Shown here: positions 1-8,885 of the stretch, piece after piece | Position numbering within the stretch: position 1 is the first letter of the stretch | Layout of the letters: every line of letters starts with the position of its first letter | Origin: a virus | Lineage: Duplodnaviria > Caudoviricetes | DNA: 27,984 nucleotides | Virus record (IMG/VR): IMGVR_UViG_3300043414_000575 | Location: 1-27,984 of that record | Direction: 5' to 3' (one strand) | Made by a program: the position numbers and the translations under genes | Notes under the pieces: model-generated | The model's database searches: none | Seen by the model: the letters and a program-made list of their open reading frames with translations, nothing else | Told to the model about the DNA's origin: nothing

Positions 1-2
1 AA

Positions 3-797
3 GAAGGTATTCCCCGTAACTACCACGAAGAACCAGTCCTTTATGGATTTGGTGCCGCACCTCAATTGCCTGATGGAACACCTGTGTCCTATCAGCAAGG
101 TGGTGTTCTCTTCTTGCAACGCTATGTGTATAACGTGTATGGTTTAGCCTTCGCGTTGACCAAAGTGTTGGTTGAAGATGGCGACCATATCCGTATCGGT
201 CAGGTTTATGCTCGTCACTTGGCTCAGTCTTTGATTGAGACTAAGGAGACATTGAGTGCTAATGTGCTTAATCGCGCATTCAACTCAAGCTATCCCGGCG
301 GTGACGGCGTGTCTCTGAGCAATTCAGCACACCCCATTGTGAATGGCACATTCAGCAATTTGCTGACTACTGCCGCTAACTTGTCACAGACTTCTCTTGA
401 GCAGATGTTGATCCAAATCCGTCAGGCTGTGGACAACAATGGTAAGAAGATTCGTTTGGTTCCACGTCAATTGATCGTGGCTCCCGGCAATGTCTTCCAA
501 GCCGAAGTTCTGTTGAAGTCTGTCCTGCGCTCAGGCACTGGCAATAATGACATCAACCCTGTTAAATCCATCGGCCTTTTGGACGAAGGTGCAGCAGTGT
601 TGTCTCGTTTGACTAGTTCCACGGCATTCTGGGTTCAGACTGATGCTCCTGAAGGCATGAAGTTGCTGATGCGTCGCAAACTTGAGAAAACCATGGAAGG
701 TGATTTTGAGACCGACTCTATGCGCTACAAGGCTACAGAGCGTTACCAAGTGGGCTTTACTGATCCACGCGCCGTTTACGGCACACCCGGCATCTAA
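3..797 (+). CDS. Major capsid protein, Mu gpT-like/HK97 fold (5' truncated)
   Basis: Frame is open from nt 3 (EGIPRNYHEEPVLYGFGAAPQLPDG...), so the track's TTG at 66 is not the start. Motifs PRQLIVAPG, GDFETDSMRYKATERY and FTDPRAVYGTPG resemble this MCP class; a strong terminator follows. Confidence 0.85.
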   Translation, partial: EGIPRNYHEEPVLYGFGAAPQLPDGTPVSYQQGGVLFLQRYVYNVYGLAFALTKVLVEDGDHIRIGQVYARHLAQSLIETKETLSANVLNRAFNSSYPGGDGVSLSNSAHPIVNGTFSNLLTTAANLSQTSLEQMLIQIRQAVDNNGKKIRLVPRQLIVAPGNVFQAEVLLKSVLRSGTGNNDINPVKSIGLLDEGAAVLSRLTSSTAFWVQTDAPEGMKLLMRRKLEKTMEGDFETDSMRYKATERYQVGFTDPRAVYGTPGI

Positions 798-803
798 AGT
801 GCC

Positions 804-836
804 AAGGGGGTTGGGATAAAACCCAGCCCCTTTTTT
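804..836 (+). terminator. Rho-independent terminator after the capsid gene
   Basis: GGGGTTGGG (807-815) pairs with CCCAGCCCC (822-830) with one G-U; loop ATAAAA; followed by T6. Confidence 0.85.
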
Positions 837-874
837 GTTAATTTGTATTTGTCAAACTTTTCAAGGAGAAGACA

Positions 875-1846
875 ATGCCCCAATATTCAGACGACCTATT
901 TCTAGGCCCAGCCCAAACCTACATGGGTACGGGTCTGCGCCCCTACACCTCAACTTTTACTGGCTCGATTGCTACTACGACATTGACCGTAACTGCAATG
1001 TTGACTGGTTCGCCAATCGTGCTAGGTATGTACATCGACGGCACTAGCGTGACCGACGGTACTTACATCACTGCTTTTGGTACTGGCTCTGGCGGTATAG
1101 GTACTTACACGGTTAACCAATCGGTAACTGCTTCTAGTACCACAATTACCGCACACACCAATGTGCCTCTTGATAACCCTTCTCCTATGGATTTGGGTGT
1201 TGGCCCCTTGGGTCGCATCTACGTTTGGGACATCGTTCCTCAAGCACTGGTTGCAAGCAATATTGCCGCTGTACAAACAACTTCTTCTTCAATTGCGTTG
1301 ACCGCTGGTACTTCAGTTAAATCTGTTACTACCGCTGGTGGCGTGACTGTGTTGCAGTTGGATTGCCCTCGCGCAGTGAGCATTGTGTCTGGTACTGGCA
1401 CATTGACCAACCGCAACGTGACCATCACTGGTTATGACTACTACGGTCAGTTGATGAGCGAAGTGATTGCAACTGGTACTGTCCAGTCAACTACTGTTGC
1501 TGGCAAGAAAGCATTCTTCCAAATCTCTTCTGCATCAATTTCTGGTGCATTGGGTGCGACGATTGCTGTCGGTACTACTGACATCCTTGGTATCCCAGTT
1601 CGCGTGTTCAACGTGTCATACGTTGCCAGCGTCAAGAGCAACAACGCACTCGCACAAGATGCTGGTACGTTTGTAGCCGCAGACACTGCAACAGCCACAA
1701 CCACTACTGGTGACGTTCGCGGTACATACACCCCTGCCACTGCATCGAACGGTATCGTTCGTACAACGATGGGAATTTTGTTGCCTGCAATCGCTGTCGG
1801 CCCTAACGCTACTCGCGTTGGCGCTCTCGGTGTAACTCAAGCCTAA
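875..1846 (+). CDS. Virion structural protein, probably capsid decoration/cement (323 aa)
   Basis: AAGGAG SD; Thr/Gly/Ala/Val-rich beta composition; directly downstream of the MCP gene. Confidence 0.6.
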   Translation: MPQYSDDLFLGPAQTYMGTGLRPYTSTFTGSIATTTLTVTAMLTGSPIVLGMYIDGTSVTDGTYITAFGTGSGGIGTYTVNQSVTASSTTITAHTNVPLDNPSPMDLGVGPLGRIYVWDIVPQALVASNIAAVQTTSSSIALTAGTSVKSVTTAGGVTVLQLDCPRAVSIVSGTGTLTNRNVTITGYDYYGQLMSEVIATGTVQSTTVAGKKAFFQISSASISGALGATIAVGTTDILGIPVRVFNVSYVASVKSNNALAQDAGTFVAADTATATTTTGDVRGTYTPATASNGIVRTTMGILLPAIAVGPNATRVGALGVTQA

Positions 1847-1857
1847 AGGAGAGTGAC

Positions 1858-3081
1858 ATGGGACAATTTAAACCAATGGTCAAAATGATGACCACAGAGC
1901 CTTCAGTTGAGTTAAAACTCAAAAAAGGCGGCGCAGTCAAGATGAAAAAAGGCGGCATGGCTGAAGGCGGTCACAAGAAGATGGCTATGGGCGGTGGTGC
2001 TATGGACATGATGGCTGGCACTCCCGCTTTGATTGGTCGCCCTGCTGTGAATGCTCCCGTTCGCGCCCCCGGCAAGCCTTCTATGGCTATGCGTCGCAAG
2101 GCAATGATGGCGAAACCCGCTGTCACTCCTTCTGGCCCATCTATGCCTACACCTATGATGAAAAAAGGTGGTAAGGCTGAAGGCGGCAAGATGGACGAGG
2201 CTCAAGACAAAGCCATGATCAAAAAGGCTTTCAAGCAGCATGATGCCCAAGAGCATAAAGGCGACAAAGGCACTTCTTTGAAACTGAAGAAGGGCGGCAA
2301 GTACGCTACTGGTGGTGTTACCAATGGTCAAGGCGGCTACAAAAAAGGCGGAAACGTCAAGAAGTTTGCCAAGGGTGGTGTGGCCGGTGATGGCATCATC
2401 AATACTGAAGACCAAGGTGGCAAGTACCGCGACACTCTGATGCACACTGCTGAGTATACTGGCAAGTCTAGTGGCGTAACAGGTGGCGTGAAGAATGGTA
2501 ATGGTGGTGGCTACAAGACTGGCGGCGTTGCTTTAGGTAATGGCGGTGGCTACAAAATGGGAGGGAAAGCCTCAAAAAAAGCCTACGCGACGGGGGAAAC
2601 TGTTGATTCAGGCAAACCCGTCGCGATGACCCAAGGTCGCAAGCCAGTACCTGCACCAGTAGAGATCAGCCGTTTGGCTGGTACTTACAAGAATGGTGGT
2701 CGAGCAACTCCTGCTGAAGCACGCTTGTTGAAAAACAATGCGGCTGAAAACAAGACTGCCATGCGTGAAGCCAAAACCGACAGCAATCTGAAGTATGGGT
2801 CTCCCAAACGAATGAATGGTGGCGGTACAACTTCTGGTCAGGGTTCAATCACTGATAGCGAACGCAAGACTGTTCAGGACTTGTCCAAGGGTGCTTACGA
2901 TAAAACTGGTAAGTACAACCGTGAACTTGAGGATGCTTTGAATCCTCTGAGCATGATGAAAGAACTTGCTAGTAAAGCAAAAGATTACTTCATGCCCAAG
3001 GGTTCTGAGAGTGTTACCAAGACTAAAGAGTCTGTAACGGTTTCACCTGCAAGTAAAAAGCGTGGCGGTATGGCTTGTTGA
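1858..3081 (+). CDS. Basic Lys/Gly/Met-rich low-complexity protein with ~15 xxxGG motifs (putative internal head protein); contains a -1 frameshift signal
   Basis: AAGGAG SD at 1846-1851; repeated LKKGG/MAEGG/YATGG/FAKGG/YKTGG; the only Cys is the last residue. Confidence 0.75.
   Translation: MGQFKPMVKMMTTEPSVELKLKKGGAVKMKKGGMAEGGHKKMAMGGGAMDMMAGTPALIGRPAVNAPVRAPGKPSMAMRRKAMMAKPAVTPSGPSMPTPMMKKGGKAEGGKMDEAQDKAMIKKAFKQHDAQEHKGDKGTSLKLKKGGKYATGGVTNGQGGYKKGGNVKKFAKGGVAGDGIINTEDQGGKYRDTLMHTAEYTGKSSGVTGGVKNGNGGGYKTGGVALGNGGGYKMGGKASKKAYATGETVDSGKPVAMTQGRKPVPAPVEISRLAGTYKNGGRATPAEARLLKNNAAENKTAMREAKTDSNLKYGSPKRMNGGGTTSGQGSITDSERKTVQDLSKGAYDKTGKYNRELEDALNPLSMMKELASKAKDYFMPKGSESVTKTKESVTVSPASKKRGGMAC
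2559..2625 (+). other. Programmed -1 ribosomal frameshift cassette; predicted 249-aa product ending at TGA 2604-2606
   Basis: GGAGG at 2560-2564; in-frame heptamer A_AAA_AAA at 2574-2580; 5-nt spacer; perfect 9-bp stem CGCGACGGG (2586-2594)/CCCGTCGCG (2617-2625). Confidence 0.75.
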
Positions 3082-3084
3082 AAT

Positions 3085-3115
3085 AAGGTAGGGGCTTCGG
3101 CCCCTGCTTTTAATT
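3085..3115 (+). terminator. Rho-independent terminator with cUUCGg tetraloop
   Basis: GTAGGGGC-TTCG-GCCCCTGC followed by TTTTAATT, just after the stop at 3081. Confidence 0.8.
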
Positions 3116-3125
3116 GGAGAAATAA

Positions 3126-3407
3126 ATGGCAACATTGACGAATGTATTCTCGAAACACGCAAATGGTACGGGAACAATTTACGCTGGTGCGACAAACCTT
3201 GGCGGGTATCAGATCAAGCCCGGTGGCACTGCTGGCACCATAGAATTACGCGATGGTGGTGCAAGTGGCACACTGTTGCTTGAGTTAGACATCACAGTTA
3301 ACACGGCTGTTATTGCGACGCTGTTGCCCGGCAATGGTATCCGATTCACCACAGACATCCATGTGACCTTGCCTGCAAGTGCGGCAATCACTATTTTCTG
3401 CGGTTAA
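3126..3407 (+). CDS. Small beta-rich virion protein (93 aa), possible head spike/decoration
   Basis: GGAG SD; alternating hydrophobic strand pattern; lies in the structural cluster. Confidence 0.6.
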   Translation: MATLTNVFSKHANGTGTIYAGATNLGGYQIKPGGTAGTIELRDGGASGTLLLELDITVNTAVIATLLPGNGIRFTTDIHVTLPASAAITIFCG

Positions 3408-3409
3408 TC

Positions 3410-3934
3410 ATGCCAAGCAAATCACCATCCCAACATCGTTTGATGGAAGCGGTCGCACATAACCCTGCGTTTGCCAAAAAGGTTGGTATTCCCACAAAGG
3501 TCGGCAAAGAGTTTGCAAAGGCTGATGAGGGCAAGAAATTTAAGGGAGGCGGCTTGTATGACAATATCAATGCAAAGCGTGAAAGAATCGCTGAAGGCTC
3601 TGGGGAAAAAATGCGCAGAGTTGGTAGCGAGGGTGCGCCAACGGCTAAAGCCTTCAGAGAATCAGCAAAAACCGCCAAATTAAAAGATGGCGGCCCAAAT
3701 TTATCTGTTGGGCGTGGCGAAAAATTATCCGTAGAAAAGGGCGCAGGTCTTACGGAAAAAGGGCGAGCCAAGTACAATAGAGAGACAGGATCGAACCTAA
3801 AAGCACCACAACCTCAAGGCGGTGCCCGCAAGGATTCATTTTGCGCCAGAATGAGTGGTATGCCCGGGCCAATGAAAGATGAAAAGGGCAATCCAACTCG
3901 CAAGGCGGCTGCTTTAAACAGATGGAAATGCTGA
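3410..3934 (+). CDS. Basic tripartite protein (174 aa); C-terminal module resembles DUF6321-type small phage proteins
   Basis: Modules MPSKS..VGKEF / GLYDNINAKR..SAKTAK / GLTEKGRAKYN..SFCARM..RWKC, joined by FKGGG and LKDGG. Family name is from memory. Confidence 0.7.
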   Translation: MPSKSPSQHRLMEAVAHNPAFAKKVGIPTKVGKEFAKADEGKKFKGGGLYDNINAKRERIAEGSGEKMRRVGSEGAPTAKAFRESAKTAKLKDGGPNLSVGRGEKLSVEKGAGLTEKGRAKYNRETGSNLKAPQPQGGARKDSFCARMSGMPGPMKDEKGNPTRKAAALNRWKC

Positions 3935-3935
3935 T

Positions 3936-5009
3936 ATGGCTTACTCAGGAACCGTAGGAACGACCGTTATCAATGTCCAAACATTGATAGATCACGGCGC
4001 TCGTCGGTGTGGTAAGTTGGCTGAGGAGTTGACCTCTGAGCAGGTTTTATCCTCACGCCAGTCACTTTTCTTCCTTTTGTCTAATCTTGCCAATCGAGGC
4101 ATTAACTATTGGGCAATCAGCAAAAAAGTGTTTGGTTTGAATGCTGACCAATACATTTACTCCATGCCATTGGGTTGTATTGATGTTTTGAATGTGCTTT
4201 ACCGCACAATGAACCGCCCAAATGGTGCATATACCACCTCCGCGGGTGGTGTAGTGGCAAATTTGTATGACAATGATGTTGATACATACTGCCAACAAAC
4301 CTCTGCAAATGGCAATTTTTCTGTCAATTTTGGCTCTACAAACCCCATTTATATCGGTTCTATTGGCTTTTTACCCTTTGTGACTGGCGGTGGGTCGGCT
4401 ACTTGGTCAATTGCCTTGGAATACTCCACAGATGGCTCAACATGGGTAATGCTCAAGGATTTGGGGACTATTGTGGTGTCCAACAATGAGTGGGTGTGGA
4501 CAGACATTGATCCCGGTGAATCAGTCATTTATTACCGAATTCGTGCTTATAACGGCACTACTTTGGCTTTGCGTGAGTTGTATTTCGGTAATAACTCCCG
4601 TGAGATTCAAATGTCACGCCTTAACCGCGATGACTACACAAACTTGCCAAACAAGAACTTTACGGCCAATCAGCCCTTTCAGTTCTGGTTTGACCGCACA
4701 ATTCCTCAGCCAACGGTGTATTTATGGCCCACCCCCAGTGATCCGTTTGTTCAGATGACTGTTTGGTATCAGCGCCAAATCATGGATGTTGGTGCTTTGA
4801 CTGATGAGTTAGAAGTCCCACAGCGTTGGTATGAGGCTGTGGTGATGATGTTGGCTCATAGAATGAGTCTTGAGTTACCACAGGTTGGAATGGATCGAGT
4901 TGGCTATCTTGAGAAGATGGCTGAAAAATATCTGTTTGAAGCGGAGCAAGAAGAGCGTGACAAGTCACCAATCTACTTTGCTCCTAACATTAGCGTGTAC
5001 ACAAGATAA
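3936..5009 (+). CDS. Head-tail adaptor-like protein with inserted discoidin (F5/8 type C)-like domain
   Basis: Helical N-terminus (ARRCG..NLANRGINYW) and C-terminal LWPTP..VPQRWYEA resemble podoviral adaptors; insert has LYDNDVDT, LEYSTDGSTW, YYRIR and LRELYF. Confidence 0.65.
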   Translation: MAYSGTVGTTVINVQTLIDHGARRCGKLAEELTSEQVLSSRQSLFFLLSNLANRGINYWAISKKVFGLNADQYIYSMPLGCIDVLNVLYRTMNRPNGAYTTSAGGVVANLYDNDVDTYCQQTSANGNFSVNFGSTNPIYIGSIGFLPFVTGGGSATWSIALEYSTDGSTWVMLKDLGTIVVSNNEWVWTDIDPGESVIYYRIRAYNGTTLALRELYFGNNSREIQMSRLNRDDYTNLPNKNFTANQPFQFWFDRTIPQPTVYLWPTPSDPFVQMTVWYQRQIMDVGALTDELEVPQRWYEAVVMMLAHRMSLELPQVGMDRVGYLEKMAEKYLFEAEQEERDKSPIYFAPNISVYTR

Positions 5010-5386
5010 TGGCTATTTTCCTTGACACTGAGGGGCTGACATCACTTGCCATCGCGGTATGCGATAGGTGCAAGATGAAAGTGCCTTTTGTGACATTGGT
5101 CGCTGATGGAAACTCACCCGGGTTACGTGTATGTGCTGAACGTGGATGCAAAGATGTGCTTGATCCCTATCGATTACCCGCAAGAAAAACCGAAAGGATT
5201 AACCTTCGGTTTCCACGCCCTGATGTCAGCGTTGCAGCAAATGACAACTTCTTGATGACAGGAAGTCAAAACCTTGATGGTTCAAGCCAATTTCAAATTT
5301 CCACGGAGCAGAACACTCAGACTCCCACAAGCACTGGAAATAAAGATACGATTGCCCCAAACCCTCCAGACAATACGAGTACATAA
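5009..5386 (+). CDS. Cys4 (putative Zn-binding) phage protein (125 aa)
   Basis: CDRC...CAERGC then DPY..PRPD; TAATG coupling to the upstream gene. Confidence 0.7.
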   Translation: MAIFLDTEGLTSLAIAVCDRCKMKVPFVTLVADGNSPGLRVCAERGCKDVLDPYRLPARKTERINLRFPRPDVSVAANDNFLMTGSQNLDGSSQFQISTEQNTQTPTSTGNKDTIAPNPPDNTST

Positions 5387-7795
5387 ATGTCCGCACAAGT
5401 CGTCATTACCCAACTCCCAGCCGCTGGCGCTTTAACTGGTGCTGAAGCGGTTCCTATCGTCCAAAATGGAGTGACGGTTCAGACCACTACGGGTGCGATT
5501 TCTACTCAGCCTACTCAAACGCAGACGTTCTTAACGGCTACGCAACAACCTTCCTTACCTAATAGTCGATACGTTACAGCCAGCACTGGTTTGTCTATCA
5601 CTGATGGTGGAGCAGGTTCATTCTTCAGAGTCAATCTTACAGATGCCGCTTTAAGCCTCGATAACGCCGCTGGTGGTATTATTGTGAAGGACTCCGCTAC
5701 CACGGTAGCCTCACGCTCAATTGCCGTTTCTGGGGCTGGTTTAAGCGTTTCTAACGCCAATGGTACTGGTGGTAACCCAACGCTGGCTTTAAGTGGATTG
5801 CCTGCTACGTTGGCTGGTCTTTCTGGTTCTGGAATGCTTGCGCTTGTTAGCGGTACCAGCATCAACCCTCGTACCATTACTGGTACATCTAATCAGATTA
5901 GCGTTACCAATGGAGATGGTCAGTCAGGCAATCCTACGTTTGCGCTGGCAGATAACGCGGTGTTGCCCGGCACTGGGGCGATGACCGTTCCAGTTGGTTC
6001 AACTGCCCAACAACCTATTGGTGCTAATGGTCAGATTCGGTATAACAACGAAACTAATGCTTTTTATGGTTACGCAGGTGGCAATTGGAATGCTTTTACC
6101 TTAGCTGGCGGTGTTTCTTCTTTTAGCGCAGGAACAACAGGTTTTACACCGTCCTCAGCACAATCTGGAGCGGTGGTTCTTGGCGGTGTATTAAATGTAA
6201 CCAACGGCGGCACTGGCGTTAACTCATTGACTGGTTATGTATATGGCAATGGCACTTCAGCCATGACAGCCAGCACAACCATTCCAAATACAGCAATTAC
6301 TGGTTTGGGAACAATGTCCACCCAAAATGCAAGCAGTGTTGCAATTACAGGTGGAACGGTTACTGGTGTAACTATCAACAGTTCTGTGATTGGTGGTGCT
6401 ACTCCTGCGGCTGGTACGTTTACCAGTGTAGCAATGACATCTGGCACGATTACAAATGCGCCAGTCAATGACTTTGACATTGTCAACAAACTGTACGCTG
6501 ATGCGCTTGTATCTGGTATCAATTTTCACCCTGCTTGTAACTATGCAACTACCGCAGACCTTGGCACCGTAATTTACAACAACGGCGCGTCTGGTGTCGG
6601 TGCAACTTTGACAAAAACCGTACCACTTTCTGGGCTGTCAATTGATGGATTTACGCCAGCAGTTGGTAACCGTATTTTGGTTAAAAATGAGACCAATGGC
6701 GCTTATAACGGCATTTACACGGTAACTGTTGTAGGTTCTGGTGCTACTGCTTGGGTGCTGACTCGCGCAACTGATTACGACACTACTGGAACTGGAACCA
6801 ATGAGATTGATCAAGGCGACTACGTTTTGATACTTTCTGGAACCGTCAACGCCAACACATCATGGGTTCAGCAGACTGCTTTGCCAATTGTGATTGGCAC
6901 AACTCCCATCGTTTGGCTTCAGTTTGGCGCGGCAAGTGTCTACACCGCTGGAACTGGCTTAACGCTTGCAGGTAACCAATTTAGCATTACCAACACAACG
7001 GTAACTGCGGCAACCTATGGTTCTGCTTCCCAAGTTCCTGTTTTGACAGTAAATGCACAGGGTCAACTGACTGGCGTTACAAATACCTCAATTGCCATTG
7101 CCGCAGGTGCTGTATCAGGTCTTGCCGCTTCTGCCACTACCGACACTACCAATGCCTCCAACATCACCTCTGGAACGCTTCCTACAGGTCGTATAAGCGG
7201 TTCCTACACTGGTATTACTGGTGTTGGTACGCTGACTGCTGGAACATGGAACGGTACGGCTATTGGTTTTGCTTACGGTGGTACGGGACTTACGGCTACT
7301 CCAACCAATGGTCAATTGGCTATTGGTAATGGTGCTGGATACTCCTTATCAACTTTGACTGCTGGTACAAACGTCAGCATCTCTAATACTGCTGGCGGCA
7401 TCACAATCTCTGCCACCCCAGCGGCTGGCGGTACGGTGACTTCAGTCGCTATGACTGTGCCATCATTCTTGTCGGTGACAGGTTCTCCAATTACTACAAG
7501 TGGTACTTTGGCGGTATCCCTGTCTGGGACAGCCCTACCAGTAGCAAACGGCGGAACTGGAGCCACAACACTGACTGGTTATGTGTACGGAAATGGTACA
7601 AGCGCCATGTCTGCTTCTACCACAATTCCTAACACGGCAATCACTGGTCTTGGTACAATGTCAACGCAAAATGCTGGCTCTGTGGCAATTACTGGCGGAA
7701 CAATTAACGGCACAACAATTGGTGCAACAACTGCGGCAAATGGCACCTTTACTACGGTGACTGCCACTACTGGCATCTTTGGAGGAACTTTCTAA
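5387..7795 (+). CDS. Long tail fibre protein (802 aa)
   Basis: Gly/Thr/Ser-rich; VxNGGTG repeats; GQIRYN and RILVKNET..NGIY..LTRATD fibre-type modules; ends GGTF. Confidence 0.8.
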   Translation: MSAQVVITQLPAAGALTGAEAVPIVQNGVTVQTTTGAISTQPTQTQTFLTATQQPSLPNSRYVTASTGLSITDGGAGSFFRVNLTDAALSLDNAAGGIIVKDSATTVASRSIAVSGAGLSVSNANGTGGNPTLALSGLPATLAGLSGSGMLALVSGTSINPRTITGTSNQISVTNGDGQSGNPTFALADNAVLPGTGAMTVPVGSTAQQPIGANGQIRYNNETNAFYGYAGGNWNAFTLAGGVSSFSAGTTGFTPSSAQSGAVVLGGVLNVTNGGTGVNSLTGYVYGNGTSAMTASTTIPNTAITGLGTMSTQNASSVAITGGTVTGVTINSSVIGGATPAAGTFTSVAMTSGTITNAPVNDFDIVNKLYADALVSGINFHPACNYATTADLGTVIYNNGASGVGATLTKTVPLSGLSIDGFTPAVGNRILVKNETNGAYNGIYTVTVVGSGATAWVLTRATDYDTTGTGTNEIDQGDYVLILSGTVNANTSWVQQTALPIVIGTTPIVWLQFGAASVYTAGTGLTLAGNQFSITNTTVTAATYGSASQVPVLTVNAQGQLTGVTNTSIAIAAGAVSGLAASATTDTTNASNITSGTLPTGRISGSYTGITGVGTLTAGTWNGTAIGFAYGGTGLTATPTNGQLAIGNGAGYSLSTLTAGTNVSISNTAGGITISATPAAGGTVTSVAMTVPSFLSVTGSPITTSGTLAVSLSGTALPVANGGTGATTLTGYVYGNGTSAMSASTTIPNTAITGLGTMSTQNAGSVAITGGTINGTTIGATTAANGTFTTVTATTGIFGGTF
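6230..7699 (+). repeat. Dispersed 42-codon duplication in the fibre gene (6230-6355 and 7574-7699)
   Basis: TGYVYGNGTSAM[TS]ASTTIPNTAITGLGTMSTQNA[SG]SVAITGG; 40/42 aa identical. Confidence 0.9.
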
Positions 7796-8562
7796 TGGCG
7801 GCATCAGGCTTCACCCCAATTTCGTTGTATTACAGCGCAACGGCTTCGGCTGTTCCTGTTAACACAAACCTTGCAAACGGCGAGTTAGGTTTAAACATTG
7901 CCGACATGAAACTGTACGCCAAGAACAGTGCTGGCGTAGTTACTTTGCTTGCTTCCTCTGGTAGCACATCAGCTACTGTGCAATCTGTTTCTGTGGTGTC
8001 TGCAAATGGTTTGGCGGGTACAGTTGCAAACGCGACCACAACCCCCGCCATCACACTATCAACAACCATTATAGGTGTTTTAAAAGGTAATGGAACGGCA
8101 ATCTCTGCCGCTGTTTCTGGAACAGACTACGCACCAGCTACAAGCGGTACATCAATCCTGTATGGCAATGGTTCAGGCGGTTTTAGCAATGTAACCATTG
8201 GAACTGGTGTTAGCTTCGCTGGCGGCACATTATCTGCAACTGGTGCAGGCGGTACAGTAACTTCTGTTGCTGTATCAGGTGGTACTACTGGGTTGACCAC
8301 AAGCGGTGGCCCAATCACTGGCTCAGGCACTATCACGCTGGCTGGCACCCTTGCAGTAGCTAATGGTGGTACAGGGCAGACATCCTATACTGATGGTCAA
8401 TTGCTGATTGGTAACTCTTCAGGCAACACGTTGACTAAAGCCACACTTACTGCTGGTACTGGTATCTCAATCACTAATGCTGGTGGTTCTATCACTATCA
8501 CCGCAAGTGGTGGTACATCAGCTAGTATTCCATTCGTTTACTTTTGTAGCAGTTTCAATTAA
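7795..8562 (+). CDS. Distal tail fibre segment (255 aa)
   Basis: N-terminal LANGELGLNIADMKLYAK fibre-attachment-type domain; VANGGTG and LTAGTGISI motifs resemble the upstream fibre. Confidence 0.75.
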   Translation: MAASGFTPISLYYSATASAVPVNTNLANGELGLNIADMKLYAKNSAGVVTLLASSGSTSATVQSVSVVSANGLAGTVANATTTPAITLSTTIIGVLKGNGTAISAAVSGTDYAPATSGTSILYGNGSGGFSNVTIGTGVSFAGGTLSATGAGGTVTSVAVSGGTTGLTTSGGPITGSGTITLAGTLAVANGGTGQTSYTDGQLLIGNSSGNTLTKATLTAGTGISITNAGGSITITASGGTSASIPFVYFCSSFN

Positions 8563-8571
8563 GGAACAATC

Positions 8572-8883
8572 ATGGCATCTGGAATTTTAGGGCAATCTGC
8601 CCCTTCAGCATCAACAAACACTACAGTGTACACAGTTCCGAGTTCGACCACAGCGACGTTCAATGTGAGTTTCTGCAATACTGGAACTGCACCTGCAAAC
8701 GTGAGATTGGCTGTGTGTGCCTCTGGTACTCCGTCAACATCTGAGTACCTAGAGTACGACTACAACCTATTGGCTGGTAGTGTTTTAGAAAGAAGTGGAA
8801 TAGTTGCGCAAGCGGCTAAACTTGTTGTTGTTTATACAGACACTGCTACTGTTGCGGTTTCTGTTTATGGATATGAGGCTTAA
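8572..8883 (+). CDS. Small beta-sandwich fibre-tip adaptor (103 aa)
   Basis: AAGGA SD; TTVYTVP..CN..RLAV..VYGYE pattern; located between fibre and receptor-binding genes. Confidence 0.55.
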   Translation: MASGILGQSAPSASTNTTVYTVPSSTTATFNVSFCNTGTAPANVRLAVCASGTPSTSEYLEYDYNLLAGSVLERSGIVAQAAKLVVVYTDTATVAVSVYGYEA

Positions 8884-8885
8884 TC

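Noticed and set aside
835-1047. 70-aa + strand ORF overlapping the terminator and the 875 gene
   Set aside because: TTG start inside the terminator T-tract, no SD, and out of frame with a well-supported gene.
3245-3260. LRDGG in the 93-aa protein, identical to the frameshift tail
   Set aside because: Different codons and located in a predicted beta-turn of a folded domain; probably coincidental.
3542-3683. SD-like AAGGGAGG 8 nt before an out-of-frame ATG (3558) opening a 41-aa overlapping ORF
   Set aside because: Explained by Lys-Gly-Gly codons of the main frame; the peptide has no recognisable features. Not strictly excluded.
6230-7699. Fibre repeat pair as a DGR template/variable repeat
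   Set aside because: Differences are synonymous and not adenine-specific; no reverse transcriptase in the window.
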